Shown here: positions 1 to 8,687 of the stretch, piece after piece | Position numbering within the stretch: the first letter of the stretch is position 1 | Layout: every line of letters begins with the position of its first letter | Made by a program: the position numbers and the translations under genes | Origin: Candidatus Bathyarchaeota archaeon | Lineage (GTDB): Archaea > Thermoproteota > Bathyarchaeia > 40CM-2-53-6 > RBG-13-38-9 | Assembly (NCBI GenBank): GCA_963807605.1 | Contig: CAWECG010000003.1 | Coordinates: forward strand, 544,001 to 608,000 | DNA length: 64,000 bases | Reading direction: 5' to 3' | Notes under the pieces: model-generated | The model's database searches: none | The model's input: only the letters and a program-made list of their open reading frames with translations | Told to the model about the DNA's origin: nothing

Positions 1-1
1 A

Positions 2-67
2 GGAGACGAACTAGTAACCAAGATCGCTGAAGAAGTTGCAGCGCAAATTGACAAACTTCTACTGTGA
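2..67 (+). CDS. 3' end of an upstream CDS (partial, runs off window)
   Basis: Open frame GDELVTKIAEEVAAQIDKLLL*; its TGA overlaps the GTG start of gcvH (GTGA coupling). Confidence 0.5.
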   Translation, partial: GDELVTKIAEEVAAQIDKLLL

Positions 68-534
68 ACCTCATGGAATACTTGGAATTTAAGCTCGACA
101 AATGGACCTTCAAAGTTCCAACGGATCTCCTCTACAACGAGAATGATTGCTGGGCAAGGATTGATGACAACACAGCTACGATAGGCATAACAGATTTTCT
201 CCAAAACCTCATGAGCGACATAGTCTTTGTTGAGCTACCTAAAATAGGCGAAAAGATCGAACAATTCGACGAAGCCGGATCACTAGAATCAACAAAGACC
301 ACACTTGACATAATCTCCCCAGTATCCGGAACAGTTCAAGAGGTAAACGAGGAATTATCCAACGCTCCAGACATCGCAAATACCGATCCGTACGGTAAAG
401 GATGGTTTCTAAAAGTTCAGCTCGCAAACTTCGAATCTGACAGAGAGAACCTGATCAATGCAGAGGCTTACCTGGAAGTCTTGAAAAAGAAGGCTGGCAA
501 AGAGCAGCAGAAACTGAAGAAGATTCCATCTTAA
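64..534 (+). CDS. gcvH: Glycine cleavage H-like lipoyl-carrier protein
   Basis: IGITDF..DIVFVELP, ESTK (lipoyl-Lys), SPVSG, N.DPYGKGW motifs. Confidence 0.9.
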   Translation: MNLMEYLEFKLDKWTFKVPTDLLYNENDCWARIDDNTATIGITDFLQNLMSDIVFVELPKIGEKIEQFDEAGSLESTKTTLDIISPVSGTVQEVNEELSNAPDIANTDPYGKGWFLKVQLANFESDRENLINAEAYLEVLKKKAGKEQQKLKKIPS

Positions 535-617
535 CGCAAAAGGAACATGCGCATTTGATGGAATTCTATAGGTCAATATTCAACGACTGTCAAATGAACA
601 AAAGATTTTGATGGGTT

Positions 618-695
618 TCTGAAATGTGACCACTGTCAACGATGAAAGATTTGTATGAGATGATAAGGGATTGTGAGAAAATTGTTACATTCTAA
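618..695 (+). pseudogene. C-terminal relic of a DsrE-family protein
   Basis: Reads SEM*PLSTMKDLYEMIRDCEKIVTF*, the typical DsrE C-terminus; no N-terminus. Confidence 0.6.
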
Positions 696-782
696 GCACG
701 TCCTCAGATGGCGAATGTATCTGCTAAATCAAGAGAGGTCTGAGAGGTTTTCCACTTCCTGGAGAGAAATTATTGTGTGTGC

Positions 783-977
783 ACACCGCAGGGATACTAC
801 AACATAGAGAGAATGCTTGAAGCAGTCATAAGAAAAGGAGCTAAAGTGAAGATCTGCGGCAGCTGCATAGGTGCTCGCGGCATAGAAGAACTGAAGCTGA
901 TCGAGGGATTAGAGGCAAGCAACAGGGACGAGCTAGCCAACCGGGTGGTGGAGTCCGACAAGGTACTTACATTCTAG
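783..977 (+). pseudogene. C-terminal half of a DsrE/YchN-family protein
   Basis: TPQGYYNIERML..CGSC..ARG..SDKVLTF; N-half missing, starts at RY run TGTGTGTGCACAC (774-786). Confidence 0.7.
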
Positions 978-979
978 GG

Positions 980-1501
980 ATGCGGCTAGATACAATGGAT
1001 CAGGCAAGATTATGCGAGATAGTTTCAAGAAAATTTGAGGGAGCCAATAAACTCGTAGATATTGGTTGCGGAGACGGCTACCTAGTTAGCTGTCTAGCCA
1101 AGAAGCTAGGCAGAAAGATAGTGGGTTTAGACACGGCACTAGAAGGATTCGTCAGGGCGCACAATCAATGCAGAAGATTTGGTGTCTGTGACCTAATCGA
1201 ATGCGTGAAAGGAGACGCTCACGATATGAAGATGTTCGGAAGCAACGAGTTTGACGCCGTGTTATTGGCCTACTCGTTACATCATATGGCCCATCCTGAT
1301 GCGGTATTGAAGGAAGCAAAACGCATTCTGAGACCTAAGGGAAAGATTGTAGTCGTAGAGTATGTTGTTAGGAAGAATAGAAGCAAATGCCACAGATTCG
1401 TGAAGAAAGAGATCAATGACATGATGAAGAGCAGTGGATTCAGAAATACGTTTACACGAGAACTAGAGGAAGCCCTTGTTCTGGCTGAAGCTGAGAAATA
1501 G
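980..1501 (+). CDS. Class I SAM-dependent methyltransferase
   Basis: VDIGCGDG, FDAV, SLHH, RILRPKG motifs. Confidence 0.85.
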   Translation: MRLDTMDQARLCEIVSRKFEGANKLVDIGCGDGYLVSCLAKKLGRKIVGLDTALEGFVRAHNQCRRFGVCDLIECVKGDAHDMKMFGSNEFDAVLLAYSLHHMAHPDAVLKEAKRILRPKGKIVVVEYVVRKNRSKCHRFVKKEINDMMKSSGFRNTFTRELEEALVLAEAEK

Positions 1502-1517
1502 GCCGTGAACATGCCTA

Positions 1518-2138
1518 TTGCAGGATCAAAACGGTGTCAGTGACGTGGAGAAGTTTGTCAGATTCTACGATTCTGAATTTGGCAAGAAGATAACACAGTT
1601 TGAAGCAGAATACATATACAAAGGGTTGAGAAACTGCCGCAAAATTTTGGATGTGGGCTGCGGCATAGGATCCATCGAATCTAATCTTCCACAACTAGAC
1701 ATCATCGGACTAGACAATTCTGAGAACATGCTTAACGTGGCCAAAAAGAGAAATAAGGCCGAATATGCTCAGGGGGATGCAGCGAAGCTTGGATTCAAGA
1801 GCGCCTCCTTTGACGCCGTTCTTTACGTCACAACCCTAGAATTCCTTCACAGCTATCAAAAGGGTATTGAAGAAGCGCATAGAATCTTGAAAACGGGCGG
1901 TGGACTGTTGGCGATGATTCTGAATCCAATATCAAGATATTTCACGAAGCATATTGGTCAAGAGAACTCTTACTTTCTTAAAGTAAGACACAGGGATCCA
2001 AAGGCGATTCAAAGCTATATATCAAATCTCTTCACGGTGAAGACAGAATACCTCTTGGGAATCGACAAGGAAAACATATTCGATTCAAATAATCCAGAAA
2101 CAGCAAGCCTGTATGTTATTAAAGGAAAGAGAAAATGA
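1518..2138 (+). CDS. Class I SAM-dependent methyltransferase
   Basis: ILDVGCGIG, GLDNS, SFDAV, RILKTGG motifs. Confidence 0.85.
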   Translation: MQDQNGVSDVEKFVRFYDSEFGKKITQFEAEYIYKGLRNCRKILDVGCGIGSIESNLPQLDIIGLDNSENMLNVAKKRNKAEYAQGDAAKLGFKSASFDAVLYVTTLEFLHSYQKGIEEAHRILKTGGGLLAMILNPISRYFTKHIGQENSYFLKVRHRDPKAIQSYISNLFTVKTEYLLGIDKENIFDSNNPETASLYVIKGKRK

Positions 2139-2218
2139 CCCTATCAGAGCTAATGGAAGATTTTGGCGCACGCTAGATTCGGCATTCTACTTTAGAAAAT
2201 GCATAGAGAGGACCCTTT

Positions 2219-2557
2219 TTGTTCAGACATGATTCTCTTAGAAAGAGAGCTGAGCAAGTGCTCGGCCTAAAATCGGGCGCAAAGGAGGATCAGGTAACGA
2301 GAGCGTTTCGGCGACTTGCTCTAAAATACCACCCTGATAGATGCATGATGGATTCATGCAACAAAAAGATGCAGCTACTCGTCCAAGCTCGCGATCTCCT
2401 AATGAAGAAGCAATACGATGACTTCGACAATTACAAGCTACTGGAAGACGATGAGTTACTGCTTTCCATCCTTCCAAATGGAATTAAGTTAGACCCGCTT
2501 GCACCTACCTACGAAGAGTGGCACAAGAAACACTTCTATGGTTTTGGAGGAATATAG
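2219..2557 (+). CDS. Small J-domain (DnaJ-like) protein
   Basis: VLGL..AFRRLALKYHPDR (HPD motif). Confidence 0.8.
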   Translation: MFRHDSLRKRAEQVLGLKSGAKEDQVTRAFRRLALKYHPDRCMMDSCNKKMQLLVQARDLLMKKQYDDFDNYKLLEDDELLLSILPNGIKLDPLAPTYEEWHKKHFYGFGGI

Positions 2558-3015
2558 CTCGTGATCCTGATTTCTACATTAATCTCATGGAGGGAAACTG
2601 ATCCCTCTTACAGCAACCGTATTCGCGGACAGCTTTAGGTCGAGCCTAGCAATTCTTTTTGCCTTTTCTAAGACCTCAACCTCATAGGGCAAAGACCGGG
2701 TTAGTTGAACTCTTGCGGTATCGAGGAAAACCACTACGGCAGGGTAGGCTTGCCAAGCTGTCACATCTGAATCGCACGACTTGAATTTCTCTTGTTGGTT
2801 TGTTGGAATGGGATAGTCAAGGCAGTGTAGGGCAGTACACGTTACTCTGCATACTGTCTTACTCGGATTTTGCAGAGCAACTTTATCGTTGGAAAAATGA
2901 AATGTCTATACGTACTAGGGCATCTTTTAGAACCGTCGTACTCGCACAGGATTGTTACGCCGTTACATGTCTGACGGTTTAAATAGATCAATTAGTCATC
3001 AGCTGGACGAGGAAC

Positions 3016-3651
3016 ATGGTCTCTCTTACAGGTTTTATGCATCTTGTACATAGTAACTGGCTGATTGTTGTTCTGTCAATAGTGCTGTTCACGTTCTTTG
3101 TAATCGCTCTCCTGAAACCCTTCAAGAAGCGGAACTGGGCCTCTTTGGGTGTCACCGAAGCTTTCATCGTATCCTTGTTTACTGAGATGTTTGGAGTGCC
3201 ATTAACGATCTTCATCCTAAGTAGCTTCTTTGGTGTACCTCTTCAGCCAGATTACTTGCACGGGCATCTCCTCGCCGCTACCCTTGCGCTCTTGGGTTTG
3301 TGGACACTTGAAACGGGAGTCTTAGTCGTCATGGTAGTCAGCATTGTAATGTTGCTCGTAGCGGCATACTTGGTCGTACAGGGCTGGAGGACAGTATATC
3401 ATGGAAAAGCAGGGCTGGTTACGACGGGCGTGTACGGTCACATGCGTCACCCACAGTACTTTGGCATAATCTTTGGTTCAATCGCCTTTCTCATCCAGTG
3501 GCCGACAATTCCAACCTTGATTATGTTCCCAATACTTGTTGTTTCGTATTATCGTTTAGCAAAGAATGAGGAGAAGGAGATGGTTGAGAGATACGGAAAG
3601 GAGTACCTGGAGTACCAAAGAAGGGTGCCGATGTTCCTGCCGCGCCTCTAA
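3016..3651 (+). CDS. Isoprenylcysteine carboxyl methyltransferase (ICMT/PEMT) family membrane protein
   Basis: LVTTGVYGHMRHPQY, EEKEM..YG.EY..Y..RVPMFLP. Confidence 0.9.
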   Translation: MVSLTGFMHLVHSNWLIVVLSIVLFTFFVIALLKPFKKRNWASLGVTEAFIVSLFTEMFGVPLTIFILSSFFGVPLQPDYLHGHLLAATLALLGLWTLETGVLVVMVVSIVMLLVAAYLVVQGWRTVYHGKAGLVTTGVYGHMRHPQYFGIIFGSIAFLIQWPTIPTLIMFPILVVSYYRLAKNEEKEMVERYGKEYLEYQRRVPMFLPRL

Positions 3652-3749
3652 GAGTGATTGAGTATCAAAGCTTTAGACCAATATCTTTTCTAGATCTAAA
3701 AGACTTCCAGGCACGCGTGTATATCGATCTTCAATTCGTATATCATCTG

Positions 3750-4148
3750 TCACTTGATCTTTTTTATCCGGTGAGCTGGCATCTCCCTATATGTGGCGAC
3801 GCACCTTCGCCTTCCAGCAGGGATTCTCGTAGACGACCATTTCAAAAGCGGCAGAATAGCCGTCCTCAACTTGGCGCCGTCTATTGTTAGGGAGTATTCC
3901 ACCCTCGGAGGTATCTCTGCAAAGCTTTCCCTTTTGATCAATCCTTCTCTTTGAAGCTCTTTGAGCGTGTCCGCGAGGGTTGTTGGGCTAATGCCTTTCA
4001 ATTGATCTATTAGCTGGTTGAACCTAAGCTTGCTACTATTTCCAATAGCGTTAATCAAAAGCAGAGACCACTTCTTACCTATCGTGTCTATGATGCCCTC
4101 CAGGGGGCAGAGGCAGACCTGCTCTGTTTCATTACTTCGTTCGCACAT
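3750..4148 (-). CDS. HxlR-family winged-helix regulator
   Basis: CP..IGKKWSLL..LRFNQL..ISP.TL..LKEL..EIPPRVEYSLT; probable start MCERS. Confidence 0.9.
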   Translation of the reverse strand: MCERSNETEQVCLCPLEGIIDTIGKKWSLLLINAIGNSSKLRFNQLIDQLKGISPTTLADTLKELQREGLIKRESFAEIPPRVEYSLTIDGAKLRTAILPLLKWSSTRIPAGRRRCVATYREMPAHRIKKIK

Positions 4149-4214
4149 AGTTGCTCCGCCACTACATACTTTGTAATTCAAATACTACACTTATTGTAAT
4201 TTAAGACTTGTGAG

Positions 4215-4421
4215 GTGAAGAACATGTGTGATGAATGCATGCCCATGCACTCCTTGTGGAAGACTGGACGCTGCGGCTGCAGGTTCAGGCAGTTCCTATC
4301 GTCTGAGGAAGAAGTTGAAAGCTTAGAAGGTTACAGGAACGAGCTTCAGAGGGAGATTGCAGGAGTAGAACGGAGAATCGAAGAGCTAAACAGAAAAAGT
4401 AGAATACTCATTACATCATGA
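4215..4421 (+). CDS. Small DUF5320-like coiled-coil protein
   Basis: CGCRFRQFLS.EEE..LE.Y..ELQREIAGVE; paralog at 6537. Confidence 0.7.
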   Translation: MKNMCDECMPMHSLWKTGRCGCRFRQFLSSEEEVESLEGYRNELQREIAGVERRIEELNRKSRILITS

Positions 4422-5446
4422 AGCCAACAGCGGTCGCAGGCAAACATAGGCGGACATTGATGACAGGATGGGAGAGAGTAGAAAACGCGATTGAAGCACA
4501 TGATTTGACGAAACGCTTCGGCGATGTAGTGGCAGTCGATGGTGTTAGCTTCGAAGTGGGAAAAGGCAAAGTCTTCGGCTTCCTCGGTCCAAATGGAGCG
4601 GGCAAGACCACAACCATCCGTATGCTTACCGGGGTAACAAAGCCTACGTCGGGTGCAGCCTTAATCTCCGGCTTCAATGTCACAAGCGAGCCAATAAGGG
4701 TGAAAGAGCAGATCGGAGTAGTGCCGGATAACCTTTATGATGAAATGTCGGCGTGGGATAACCTCATCTTCAACGCAAAACTCCACGGCGTACCTATAGA
4801 GCAGAGATCGAGCCGGGCAAAAGAATTCCTTGAACGCTTTGGTTTATATGATAGGCGCAAAGACCGCGTTGGCACTTTTTCAAGAGGGATGAAAAGCCGT
4901 TTAATGATAGCTACGGCCCTAATACACGAACCAGCGATACTCTTCTTGGACGAGCCAACCACCGGACTTGATGTTCAGAGTTCAAGACAGATTCGAGACC
5001 TAGTAAGAGAGCTGAACAGAAAAGGCGCAACAATCTTTCTCACAACTCATTATATCGAGGAGGCAGACCAGTTGTGCCATCGGGTCGCAATCATCAACAA
5101 AGGGAAGATAGTTGCCGTAGATACTCCTGAGAAGCTTAAGGCCACGATTCAAGTGGAGCACACAATTGAAATTTCATTTGAACATGCAGGGGAAATAGTT
5201 GGCGAGCTCAAAAGACTGAGCAATGTCAAGCAGGTGGTTACTGCTGGAGATAAATTCAGGCTGTATGTTGAAGATCCTGCGGAAGCATTGCCATCTATTT
5301 TCGATTTCGTCAACAAGAATCACCTAAGGGTTGTTTCTATCAATACGTTAAGGCCGACACTGGAAGATGCCTTTGTCAAGCTTACTGGCTTACAGCGTGA
5401 AGTCATGGCTATCGAAAAGGAACACGTAAAATCAGCTGGAGGCTAG
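4418..5446 (+). CDS. ABC-2 exporter ATP-binding subunit (DrrA-like)
   Basis: Walker A GPNGAGKTT, FSRGM signature, LFLDEPT, TTHY. Confidence 0.92.
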   Translation: MKPTAVAGKHRRTLMTGWERVENAIEAHDLTKRFGDVVAVDGVSFEVGKGKVFGFLGPNGAGKTTTIRMLTGVTKPTSGAALISGFNVTSEPIRVKEQIGVVPDNLYDEMSAWDNLIFNAKLHGVPIEQRSSRAKEFLERFGLYDRRKDRVGTFSRGMKSRLMIATALIHEPAILFLDEPTTGLDVQSSRQIRDLVRELNRKGATIFLTTHYIEEADQLCHRVAIINKGKIVAVDTPEKLKATIQVEHTIEISFEHAGEIVGELKRLSNVKQVVTAGDKFRLYVEDPAEALPSIFDFVNKNHLRVVSINTLRPTLEDAFVKLTGLQREVMAIEKEHVKSAGG

Positions 5447-5450
5447 AAAA

Positions 5451-6185
5451 ATGGTCAAAGCATTGATTAAAGACGCAAAGATAGCCCTCTACATAGCGGA
5501 GAAAGATGTCAAAATATACTTTCTTAAAGGACCGAACTTGACATTTGGGCTCCTTCTACCAGTGGTCCTCTATTTAGCCTTCGCCATAGGCAAGACCGTG
5601 GACCCAACCTCAGCTGTACCCGGTTTAGTCTCTATAGCATCATTCTTCGGAGCAGGAGCGATTCAAGCCATATCGCTTCCGCTGGAGAGAAGAACAGGAA
5701 CATTCAGTATACTTCTCGCAGCACCTACACGGTTATTCACGATAATTTTTGGAAAAGCCTTGGCAGGCTCTCTCTTTGGGATCGTCCTCTCGTTAGCTTA
5801 TACTATAATCATGATGCCTCTTTCTCAACCATCAAATGTACCCCTATTTCTCATCGGGGTCACACTCTCTTCATTTATGTTCTCCACATTCGGGCTGTTC
5901 TTGTCTGCACCTTTCCGAGATATCCCTCAAGCTATGCCTCCTGCGACTGTAGTGCGTATCGCGATGGTCTTCCTTTGTGGCGTGTTCACACCGATAGAGA
6001 CCATGCCCCCGTCTCTACAAGCTGTTGCATATTCATTACCGCTCACCTATTCAGTGGATGCACTCCGTCAGGCAATGAGCAGCTCCGCAAACATCATGCT
6101 TTTTGTGGATCTCGGAGTTCAAGTCCTCTACTCTATTATCTTCTTAGTCGCCACTACCAAAATACTCGAGAGAACCGTCAAATGA
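5451..6185 (+). CDS. ABC-2 exporter permease
   Basis: About 6 TM segments, ERRTGT, FLCGVFTP..PLTY.VDALR. Confidence 0.9.
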   Translation: MVKALIKDAKIALYIAEKDVKIYFLKGPNLTFGLLLPVVLYLAFAIGKTVDPTSAVPGLVSIASFFGAGAIQAISLPLERRTGTFSILLAAPTRLFTIIFGKALAGSLFGIVLSLAYTIIMMPLSQPSNVPLFLIGVTLSSFMFSTFGLFLSAPFRDIPQAMPPATVVRIAMVFLCGVFTPIETMPPSLQAVAYSLPLTYSVDALRQAMSSSANIMLFVDLGVQVLYSIIFLVATTKILERTVK

Positions 6186-6300
6186 TGTGAAGACCTACGC
6201 TAAAGTAAGTCGCAGATGTAACAGTTTGATTCAAAGAGTGAGTCTGTATGCGCTGACTGACTCTTGACTAATCGAGTATAGCGTGTCCGAAACAATATTG

Positions 6301-6374
6301 TGGCGGGCACAACGGGTTCCGATGCGTCATTGGTGCTGGAACTGATTTCAAAATTCGCAAAGGTTCGGGCCTCG
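6301..6374 (-). repeat. tRNA-3'-end-like sequence plus conserved arm, copy 1
   Basis: Aligns without gaps to 34340-34413 and 18493-18559; minus strand ends ...GCCCGCCA. Confidence 0.7.
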
Positions 6375-6384
6375 AACCGCGCGC

Positions 6385-6462
6385 TTCTTACCTATCGTGT
6401 TTATGATGCCCTCCAGGGGGCAGAGGCAGACCTGCCCTGTTTCATTACTTCGTTCGCACATA
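6385..6462 (-). pseudogene. 5' fragment of a second HxlR gene, cut at CGCGCGC (6378-6384)
   Basis: MCERSNETGQVCLCPLEGIINTIGKK, nearly identical to 4072-4148; homology stops at the CG run. Confidence 0.85.
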
Positions 6463-6536
6463 GTTGCTACGCCACTACATACTTGATAGTCTAAATACTT
6501 CATTTTGTGTATTAAGCTTACAATTAAGTTTGTGAG

Positions 6537-6722
6537 GTGAGAAATATGTGCCATGAATGCATGCCCGCCCATTCAATGCAGAGAATAGGCCACTGCGGCT
6601 GCAGGTTCAGACAATTTCTATCGCCCAAGGAAGAGATCGAGCGCCTTGAAGACTACAAGGAGCAGCTGCAGAAAGAGATCGCAGGCGTAGAGAATAGGAT
6701 TAAGGAATTGAAGAAAGACTGA
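6537..6722 (+). CDS. Small DUF5320-like coiled-coil protein (paralog)
   Basis: Similar to 4215-4421. Confidence 0.7.
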   Translation: MRNMCHECMPAHSMQRIGHCGCRFRQFLSPKEEIERLEDYKEQLQKEIAGVENRIKELKKD

Positions 6723-6734
6723 AGATGGAAGAGA

Positions 6735-7724
6735 ATGGAAAACGCGATCGAAGTCAATGATCTTACAAAGCGCTATGGCGAAGTAATTGCCGTAGACGGT
6801 CTAAGCTTCGAGATAGCAAGAGGTGAAATCTTTGGACTACTTGGACCAAACGGCGCTGGAAAGACAACAACTATCCGCATGCTAACAGGCTTGTCAAGAC
6901 CGACATTCGGAAGTGCTAGGATCGCCGGTCGAGACTGTGTCCGAGAAAGCCTAGCGGTTAAGCAGAGGATAGGAGTAGTTTCAGAGTTGAGCAACCTATA
7001 CAATGAGATGTCCGCATGGGACAACCTGATGTTCATAGGTGAACTCTACGGCGTCGACAAGAATACAAGAACTGAGCGAGCCAAGCAACTCCTTGAACTC
7101 TTCCAACTTTACGACAGAAGAAATGCTCACATGATCGAGTATTCCAAAGGAATGAAACGCAGGGTTCGCATTGCCACCGCACTCATCCACCGTCCGGAGG
7201 TCCTCTTTCTCGATGAACCTACCAGCGGCTTAGACGTCGAAAGCTCCCGGCTTATCCGTTCACTTGTTAGAAGCCTGAATGAGGAAGGCATGACCGTTTT
7301 TCTAACAACTCACTACATCGACGAGGCTGACCAGCTCTGCGACCGGGTTGCCATAATAAAACAAGGGAAGATCATCGCGGAAGATTCGCCTGAAAGACTA
7401 AAGTCATCGCTACAAGAAGACTATATCATTGAGATTGCGTTCGACAGAATCGACTCAGAGGTGGAAACACTTCTTCAAACCGACCCAGCTGTGAAAGATG
7501 TCGAAAAACACGGAGACAAGTATCATGTTCATACAACAACTCCCGACAGCATAATCAAGAAACTGGTCCAGTACGCTGCATCGAATAATCTTGGGATAAT
7601 TAGTATAGATACGAAACAGCCGAGCCTCGAAGATGTTTTTGTAAAGTACACCGGGCTTGATGCTGTTCAGCTTGAGAGGATGGAGCTGCTTCGAGCCGTC
7701 AAGTTAGGTGGTCAACGTGCCTAA
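6735..7724 (+). CDS. ABC-2 exporter ATP-binding subunit (DrrA-like)
   Basis: GPNGAGKTT, YSKGM, LFLDEPT. Confidence 0.92.
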   Translation: MENAIEVNDLTKRYGEVIAVDGLSFEIARGEIFGLLGPNGAGKTTTIRMLTGLSRPTFGSARIAGRDCVRESLAVKQRIGVVSELSNLYNEMSAWDNLMFIGELYGVDKNTRTERAKQLLELFQLYDRRNAHMIEYSKGMKRRVRIATALIHRPEVLFLDEPTSGLDVESSRLIRSLVRSLNEEGMTVFLTTHYIDEADQLCDRVAIIKQGKIIAEDSPERLKSSLQEDYIIEIAFDRIDSEVETLLQTDPAVKDVEKHGDKYHVHTTTPDSIIKKLVQYAASNNLGIISIDTKQPSLEDVFVKYTGLDAVQLERMELLRAVKLGGQRA

Positions 7725-8481
7725 CTCCTTCGCAGGACATCCAACCAAAGTCTTCTCTGACTTTGCGGCCAAGGGAGTCTGCATGGCGAAGAAAGACGCA
7801 AAGTGCTACTACTTCAAACCCCAGATAGCCGGATTCGGCATACTGATACCTGCCTTCATCTACCTCTCCTTCTCACTTGGACGCGAAATTCCACCTAATC
7901 TTTTGATTCCCGGTCTTGTCGGAATGGTCTCTCTTTTCGGCGCTTCCTCTATTGAGGCGATATCCATCCCGATTGAGAAGCAGACCGGCACCTATGAGCT
8001 TCTTCAAACTGCTCCAGTCTCAACGGCGAATGTGATCTTCGGCAAGTCCTTGGCAGGTTCAGCCTTTGGCATCCTGCTCTCACTTGTAACAGCATTCGGG
8101 GCGGCCATCTTGACTGGAGGCGCCATAAACAATCTCCTCCTGTTTGTGATTGCGTTGATTGCGGGGGCTTTTGCTTTCAGTGCTCTTGGAATGTTGGTTG
8201 CTTCCGCTGCGAAGGATATGCCGACCGCCAACATGGCGCTTACCGCTTTGAGGCTGCCTATGGTCTTTATCAGCGGAGTCTTCATACCTACACAAGATCT
8301 GCCGATTCAACTGCGCTTCGTCTCCTATCTGACACCGCTTACCTACATGGTTGATGCGTTAAGAGCGGCTATGAGTGGCCCAGACATTACTTTTGCTGTA
8401 GATGTGGCAGCTCTGCTTGTGTGGGTCGTCGTATTGCAAATGCTAGCAGTCATCGTGTTGAACAAGAAGATGGAATTTTAG
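7708..8481 (+). CDS. ABC-2 exporter permease
   Basis: TM segments, EKQTGT, FISGVFIP..PLTYMVDALR. Confidence 0.9.
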   Translation: MVNVPNSFAGHPTKVFSDFAAKGVCMAKKDAKCYYFKPQIAGFGILIPAFIYLSFSLGREIPPNLLIPGLVGMVSLFGASSIEAISIPIEKQTGTYELLQTAPVSTANVIFGKSLAGSAFGILLSLVTAFGAAILTGGAINNLLLFVIALIAGAFAFSALGMLVASAAKDMPTANMALTALRLPMVFISGVFIPTQDLPIQLRFVSYLTPLTYMVDALRAAMSGPDITFAVDVAALLVWVVVLQMLAVIVLNKKMEF

Positions 8482-8687
8482 TCGAATCGGGGGCGTTTTC
8501 CAGCGCGCGCTAGACTGGTATACATTTCATAGATACTCAAATCCCTTCATCTGAGCGTCGTGGTAAGTGTCTATGTTTACGCCCGCATGCGCGTGTCCCT
8601 ACGCACGGGTGAAAAGCCTAAAAGACTGGAACTTGGGAGGGTAATGCTGGGTCTTAAAAAACGCCATTTTTTGGTGGAGGTCTAGGG

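Noticed and set aside
2585-2765. Short minus-strand frame VTAWQAYPAVVVFLD.. after the J-domain gene
   Set aside because: No recognisable family; it could be a relic but is not supportable
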